Assembly (NCBI GenBank): GCA_963783305.1
Contig: CAWAMW010000007.1
Span: 544,001-608,000, forward strand
Origin: an uncultured Gemmatimonadales bacterium
GTDB lineage: Bacteria; Gemmatimonadota; Gemmatimonadetes; Longimicrobiales; RSA9
Length of the DNA: 64,000 nucleotides
Direction: 5' to 3'
Shown here: positions 59,651 through 64,000 of the stretch, one piece after another
How the letters are laid out: each line of letters starts with the position of its first letter
Numbering within the stretch: the first letter of the stretch is position 1
Notes under the pieces: generated by a model
What the model saw: the letters and a program-made list of their open reading frames with translations, nothing else
Database searches by the model: none
Told to the model about the DNA's origin: nothing
Program-made: the position numbers and the translations under genes

Positions 59651-60880
59651 GTGAAGGTTCTCTACATCGTCACGGCGTACGACCGGCATTCCGGCGATGG
59701 CATTACGCCGTGGCTGGTGGAGACGATCCATCGGCTGCGCCGGGTGGGGGTGGAGGTAGAGGTGCTGGCGCCGGCGTACCGCGGGCTCGGGAGCCAGACG
59801 GTGGACGGTGTGACGGTTCACCGGTTCCGTTACGCCCCCTCCCGGATCGAGAGCCTCACGCACGACCAGACCACACCGGACCGGATCCGAGAGCGCCCTC
59901 TCTACCTGGCGCTCGTTCCCGGCTATCTCGCTTCGGCCGCTCTGACCGCGCGGCGCCTGGCCCGGAGCGGTCGCTTCGACGTGGTCCACGTCCACTGGCC
60001 TCTGCCCCACGTCCTGCCCGGCTGGGCGGCCCGCGCGGCCGGCCGGATCCCGCTGGTGGTCACCTTCCATGGCGTGGAGCTCACGTTCGCCCGCAGCGCC
60101 CCGGTCCCCTTCCTTCGATCGCTCCTCCGCCGCGCCATCCGGACGGCGGACGCGGTCACCGCCAACTCGACCTACACCGCGGGCCTCATCCATGAGCTCT
60201 ACGAGCGCCCCGTGGAGATCATCCCGTTCGGGAGCACGGTGAAGGCCCCCAATGCCCCCGAGGCCCCCGTCCGCCCGCTCCAACCGGGTGCGAGCGCGTC
60301 CGAGCGGCCTTTCCGACTGCTGTTCGTGGGCCGGCTGGTCGAGCGAAAAGGGGTCCACTATCTTCTCGACGCGCTCGGGGCGGTGCGGGAGCGGGTCGAG
60401 GTCCGTCTCGACGTGGTGGGAGAGGGGTCCATGCGGCGCGCACTGGAGGAGCGGGCGTCCTCGCTGGGCCTTCGGCACCACGTGACCTTCCACGGCTTCG
60501 TCTCGGACGACGAGCTGGCCGAGCGCTACCGGAGCGCCGACGCTTTCGTTCTCCCCGCCACGTACGACGCCAAGGGCGACGTGGAGGGGCTGGGCGTCGT
60601 GCTGATCGAGGCGGCGGGTTTCGGCCTGCCGCTCATCGGTACGGCCGCTGGGGGCATCCCGGACATCGTGAAGCACGACGAGACCGGACTGCTCGTGCCA
60701 CCCGGGGACGTGGAGGCGCTGGCGGAGGCCGTGGAGGCGCTGGCCGTGGACCGTGAGCGGAGCCGCGCCCTGGGGCGGGGAGCGCGGGAGCACGTCGAGC
60801 GCTCGTTCTCATGGGACCGTATCGTTCAATCGCTGAAGCGCCTGTACCAGGATCTGAAGGGGACGGATGGGACTGACTGA
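59651..60880 (+). CDS. Glycosyltransferase family 4
   Basis: HVHW, TFHG, FVGRLVERKG, EGLGVVLIEA, GGIPDIV. Start uncertain. Confidence 0.88.
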   Translation: MKVLYIVTAYDRHSGDGITPWLVETIHRLRRVGVEVEVLAPAYRGLGSQTVDGVTVHRFRYAPSRIESLTHDQTTPDRIRERPLYLALVPGYLASAALTARRLARSGRFDVVHVHWPLPHVLPGWAARAAGRIPLVVTFHGVELTFARSAPVPFLRSLLRRAIRTADAVTANSTYTAGLIHELYERPVEIIPFGSTVKAPNAPEAPVRPLQPGASASERPFRLLFVGRLVERKGVHYLLDALGAVRERVEVRLDVVGEGSMRRALEERASSLGLRHHVTFHGFVSDDELAERYRSADAFVLPATYDAKGDVEGLGVVLIEAAGFGLPLIGTAAGGIPDIVKHDETGLLVPPGDVEALAEAVEALAVDRERSRALGRGAREHVERSFSWDRIVQSLKRLYQDLKGTDGTD

Positions 60881-61658
60881 CCAGATCGGGCTGGCGCTCA
60901 GGGCGTCACGCAACGTGCTGCTGGGCGCCAACCTGGCCTCGCTGCCGCTCCTGGCGCGCCCGCGAGAGCTGCTCCGCTACTCCGGCGAGACGCTCTTCCA
61001 GCGCCAGCTGGATCGGGACGGCGGCCTGCCGCGCCGGGCGGTGTTCGACGCGCTGAAGATGCGGACCACCGACGTCCGCCTGGGCAATCTCGACGGCTAC
61101 ACCTGGCTGCAGGACGAGACGTCGCCGTTCACTATCGACCTGCTCACCCTCTGCCTCTTCTGCCGGGCGCTCGAGCCGCGGACCATCTTCGAGATCGGGA
61201 CGTTCGTGGGCTACACATCACTGCATATGGCGCTGAACTCGCCGGCGGAAACCCGCGTGTTCACGCTGGACCTGCCGGCGGCGGACCGCCGCACCTCGCT
61301 CCGCACCACGGCCACCGACCACAAGCTCATCGACCGCGACGTAGGGCCGGCCGTATTCCAGGGTACCGAGGTGGATGGAAGGATCGAGCGCCTGTTCGGC
61401 GACAGCGCCACTTTCGACTTCTCCCGCTGGCACCGATCCGTGGACCTCTTTTTCGTGGATGGCGCCCACTCCTACGAATACGTGCGCTCGGACACGATGA
61501 ACGCCCTGGAGTGCGTACGGCCCGGCGGAGTAGTCGTATGGCACGACTACGGTCGGCTCGAGCAGAGCGGTGTCACCCGCTGGCTCCACGAGTTCTCCCG
61601 GGACCACGAGGTATTCGCCGTTCCGAACGGGTCCATCGCCTACCACTTCGTCCGATGA
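60867..61658 (+). CDS. Class I SAM-dependent methyltransferase (Methyltransf_24-like)
   Basis: EIGTF.G, GDS, F.DG.HSYE, GG...WHD. Confidence 0.85.
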   Translation: MGLTDQIGLALRASRNVLLGANLASLPLLARPRELLRYSGETLFQRQLDRDGGLPRRAVFDALKMRTTDVRLGNLDGYTWLQDETSPFTIDLLTLCLFCRALEPRTIFEIGTFVGYTSLHMALNSPAETRVFTLDLPAADRRTSLRTTATDHKLIDRDVGPAVFQGTEVDGRIERLFGDSATFDFSRWHRSVDLFFVDGAHSYEYVRSDTMNALECVRPGGVVVWHDYGRLEQSGVTRWLHEFSRDHEVFAVPNGSIAYHFVR

Positions 61659-64000
61659 CGCGGCGAGACACGGCAGCCGGCAGGACGCCGCCGATCGTGG
61701 CTGGGAGCGACCACGCGCCGCCCGGGTGGCCCGGCGCGTGGATCGCCACCGCCCTCTACTTCGGTCTTGCGCTGATCTACTTCCTGCCGGCCTTCCTCCC
61801 AGGGGCGCACATCTACGGCAGCGACTATCTCGCGGGCGCGTATTTCGCCCACGACTTCATCTCGGAGCGCTTCGCGGCGGGATCGCTGCCGAAGTGGGTG
61901 CCGTACCTGTATGGAGGACTGCCGCTTTTCTCGAACCCCGGCAGCGCCTTCTACCCGTTCCGGTTTGTGGCGGATGCCCTCTTCCCCACTTCCCGCATCT
62001 TCCCCACCCTCTATGTGATCCAGTTCACGCTGGCGGGCGTGGGCATGTACTTCCTCTCGCGCGAGCTGGGCACCCGACGCTGGGTCGCGCTCGTGGCCGG
62101 GCTCGCGTTCGAGTTCACGGGCCTCACCATGTCCTTCGTGCTGGCGGGGCATGACGGCCGTATCATCGTCGCCACCTTCGCGCCCCTCTTCCTCTTCTTC
62201 ATCCACCACGGCGTCCGGACGGGCCGGCTGTCGGCGTTCGCGGGAATGGCCGCGGTCCTCGGCACCTCGCTCCTCTCGTTCCAGATCCAGAGCAACTACT
62301 ACCTGCTCCTCGCCGGCGCCGCGTGGGCCGCCTTCGCCCTGGTCCAGCATCGGCGTCGCCTCGGGGGCCGCGCCCTCGCCGTCCGCACCGGCCTCGGACT
62401 CGCCGCTGTGGCCGTTGCCTTCGGAATGGCGGCGGTGAATTTCCTGCCGTTCCGCGATTACGTCGACGCCTCGCCCCGCGGCGGCCCCGGCCGTGGGTAC
62501 GAGTACGCCACGAGCTGGTCCATGCCGCCCGGCGAGATAACGGGGCTCGCGCTGCCGGAGCGGTCGGGAGTGCTGGAGCTATACCAGGGCCAGAACCCGT
62601 TCAAGCTCCACACGGAGTATGTGGGCGCCGTCGTGATCCTGCTCACGCTCCTCGGGCTCTGGGTCTGTCGGCACGACCGCCGCTGGTGGTTCTTCGCTGG
62701 TCTGAGCGTGTTCGCGCTGTCCATCTCGTTCGGCGGATATACACCCCTGTACCGCCTCTATTACGCCCTGCTGCCAGGGACCGCCCGGTTCCGGGCCCCG
62801 TCCATCGCGTTCTTCCTGGTCTCTACGTCGCTGGCGATCATGGCGGCGCTCACGCTCGAGCAACTGGCAGCGCTGAAAGGCGCCGGGGAGCCGGGGGGGC
62901 CCGGAGGCAGGGCGCCCGACCGAACGCTGGACCGCGTCCCGTGGCTCCTGATGGGCGTTTCGGCGCTGGCGCTGGTCGTGCTGCTGGGATCGGCCGGCGG
63001 CGCTGGGGTGGACGCACGGGGGCAGGCGCTGGCGCAGGGGGCGTTCCGACTGGCGGTGGTGACGTGGCTCGCGGCGGGGGCGCTCTGGCTGTGGCTCAAA
63101 GGCTCCATCGGGCCGCGACTCATCACGGCGACGCTGGCCCTCCTGGTGGTAGGCGACCTCTGGATTGTGGACCGCCGGTTCTTCGAGACGGTGGAGCCGC
63201 CGGAGTACATGTTCGCGGCGGACGGCGTGGTCGAGACGCTGAAGGCGCAACCGCAGCCGTTCCGGGTCTGGGTCCTCCCCTTCGCGGGCGCGGGTGGGCA
63301 GCCGTACCGGGGCCACGGCAACTACCTGATGCACCACGATATCGAGCAGGCCGGCGGCGAGCACGGCAACCACATCCAGCGCTGGGGCGAGTTCGTGGGC
63401 GCCGGCGAGCAGACGTACGTGGACTGGTCCAACTTCATCGGTGACCTCCAGCGCCTGGTGGAAGCGCCACCGGGTGCCGCACCGTCCGCCCACTTCCTGT
63501 CCGCCGCCAACGTTCGTTACATCGTCAGCATGGTTCGACTCCCGGGGCTCCGCGAAATCTACAGTGGTCCGGAGGCTCTCATCTACGAGGTGCCGGGGGC
63601 GCTCCCCCGCGCCTGGCTCGCCGGAAGCGCCGTCATCGCGGAGAGCACCGACGAGGTGCTGCGCCTGTTCGAGAGCCCCGAGTTCGATCCTGCCACCACC
63701 GTGGTGCTCCCGGAGGCCCTGCCGGAGCCGCTGCCCGCACCCCCACGCGCCGGCCTCGACTCCGCCTCCGCAGACGCCGGAACCGCCCAGGTGGTCGAGC
63801 ACGACCCGGACCGCGTGCGCGTCCGCACCGCCGCCGTCCGCCGATCCATGCTCGTCCTCGCCGACAACTACTATCCGGGGTGGGAAGCCGCCGTGGACGG
63901 AGCGCCCGCGCCGATCCACCGGGTGGACCACACGCTGCGCGGCGTACTCGTGCCGGCCGGGAGCCACGACGTCGTGTTCGAGTTCCGGCCGCCCAGCCTC
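61655..64000 (+). CDS. YfhO-family (GT-C-like) membrane protein, 3' end outside window
   Basis: Not in the ORF track because no stop lies in the window. Manual translation gives PKW.PY.YGG.P, FYP, many TM segments, FRAP, LPRA and YYPGW.A.VDG...RGV.VPAG.H. Confidence 0.85.
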   Translation, partial: MTRRDTAAGRTPPIVAGSDHAPPGWPGAWIATALYFGLALIYFLPAFLPGAHIYGSDYLAGAYFAHDFISERFAAGSLPKWVPYLYGGLPLFSNPGSAFYPFRFVADALFPTSRIFPTLYVIQFTLAGVGMYFLSRELGTRRWVALVAGLAFEFTGLTMSFVLAGHDGRIIVATFAPLFLFFIHHGVRTGRLSAFAGMAAVLGTSLLSFQIQSNYYLLLAGAAWAAFALVQHRRRLGGRALAVRTGLGLAAVAVAFGMAAVNFLPFRDYVDASPRGGPGRGYEYATSWSMPPGEITGLALPERSGVLELYQGQNPFKLHTEYVGAVVILLTLLGLWVCRHDRRWWFFAGLSVFALSISFGGYTPLYRLYYALLPGTARFRAPSIAFFLVSTSLAIMAALTLEQLAALKGAGEPGGPGGRAPDRTLDRVPWLLMGVSALALVVLLGSAGGAGVDARGQALAQGAFRLAVVTWLAAGALWLWLKGSIGPRLITATLALLVVGDLWIVDRRFFETVEPPEYMFAADGVVETLKAQPQPFRVWVLPFAGAGGQPYRGHGNYLMHHDIEQAGGEHGNHIQRWGEFVGAGEQTYVDWSNFIGDLQRLVEAPPGAAPSAHFLSAANVRYIVSMVRLPGLREIYSGPEALIYEVPGALPRAWLAGSAVIAESTDEVLRLFESPEFDPATTVVLPEALPEPLPAPPRAGLDSASADAGTAQVVEHDPDRVRVRTAAVRRSMLVLADNYYPGWEAAVDGAPAPIHRVDHTLRGVLVPAGSHDVVFEFRPPSL

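Noticed and set aside
59651..60880. GT4 as BshA partner of bshC
   Set aside because: It is 45 kb away, sits in a surface-glycan context, and shows no BshA-specific signature I could recognise.

Overview
GC-rich bacterial chromosomal segment of core genes. The gene content (lpxC-fabZ fusion, bshC, system I ccm) suggests Gemmatimonadota or a related diderm phylum, which is an inference. From 1 to ~32 kb a co-oriented, tightly coupled run holds bamA-skp-lpxD-lpxC/fabZ-lpxA-GnnA-like-lpxB-DUF374-lpxK-nadB-gdh-rlmH-bshC-murJ-uvrC-gltX, larC, a TPR lipoprotein, a Zn-finger protein and DUF512-der-plsY-gpsA-merR-surE-pcm-DUF368. It is followed by an amino-sugar cluster (NagX-like, EEP, GH3 NagZ, sugar kinase), tRNA-Arg(CCT), TPM-nucleotidyltransferase-LemA, ccmABCDEFGH, lgt, a GntR regulator, tamAB, a PQQ beta-propeller lipoprotein, a YfgM-like gene, a split PlsC-like pair and a GT2/GT4/methyltransferase/YfhO glycosylation cluster that runs off the right edge. 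The best non-coding signal is a 28-bp XerCD dif-like site at 57552-57579 with tandem KOPS-like octamers pointing at it, so the window probably spans the replication terminus. Other points of interest are a PQQ-ADH-like protein lacking the catalytic Asp, two sigma54-type promoters and two apparent 1-nt insertions (TPR gene, pcm). No CRISPR array, integrase or transposase was recognised. All family calls come from motif recognition by eye, not database searches.
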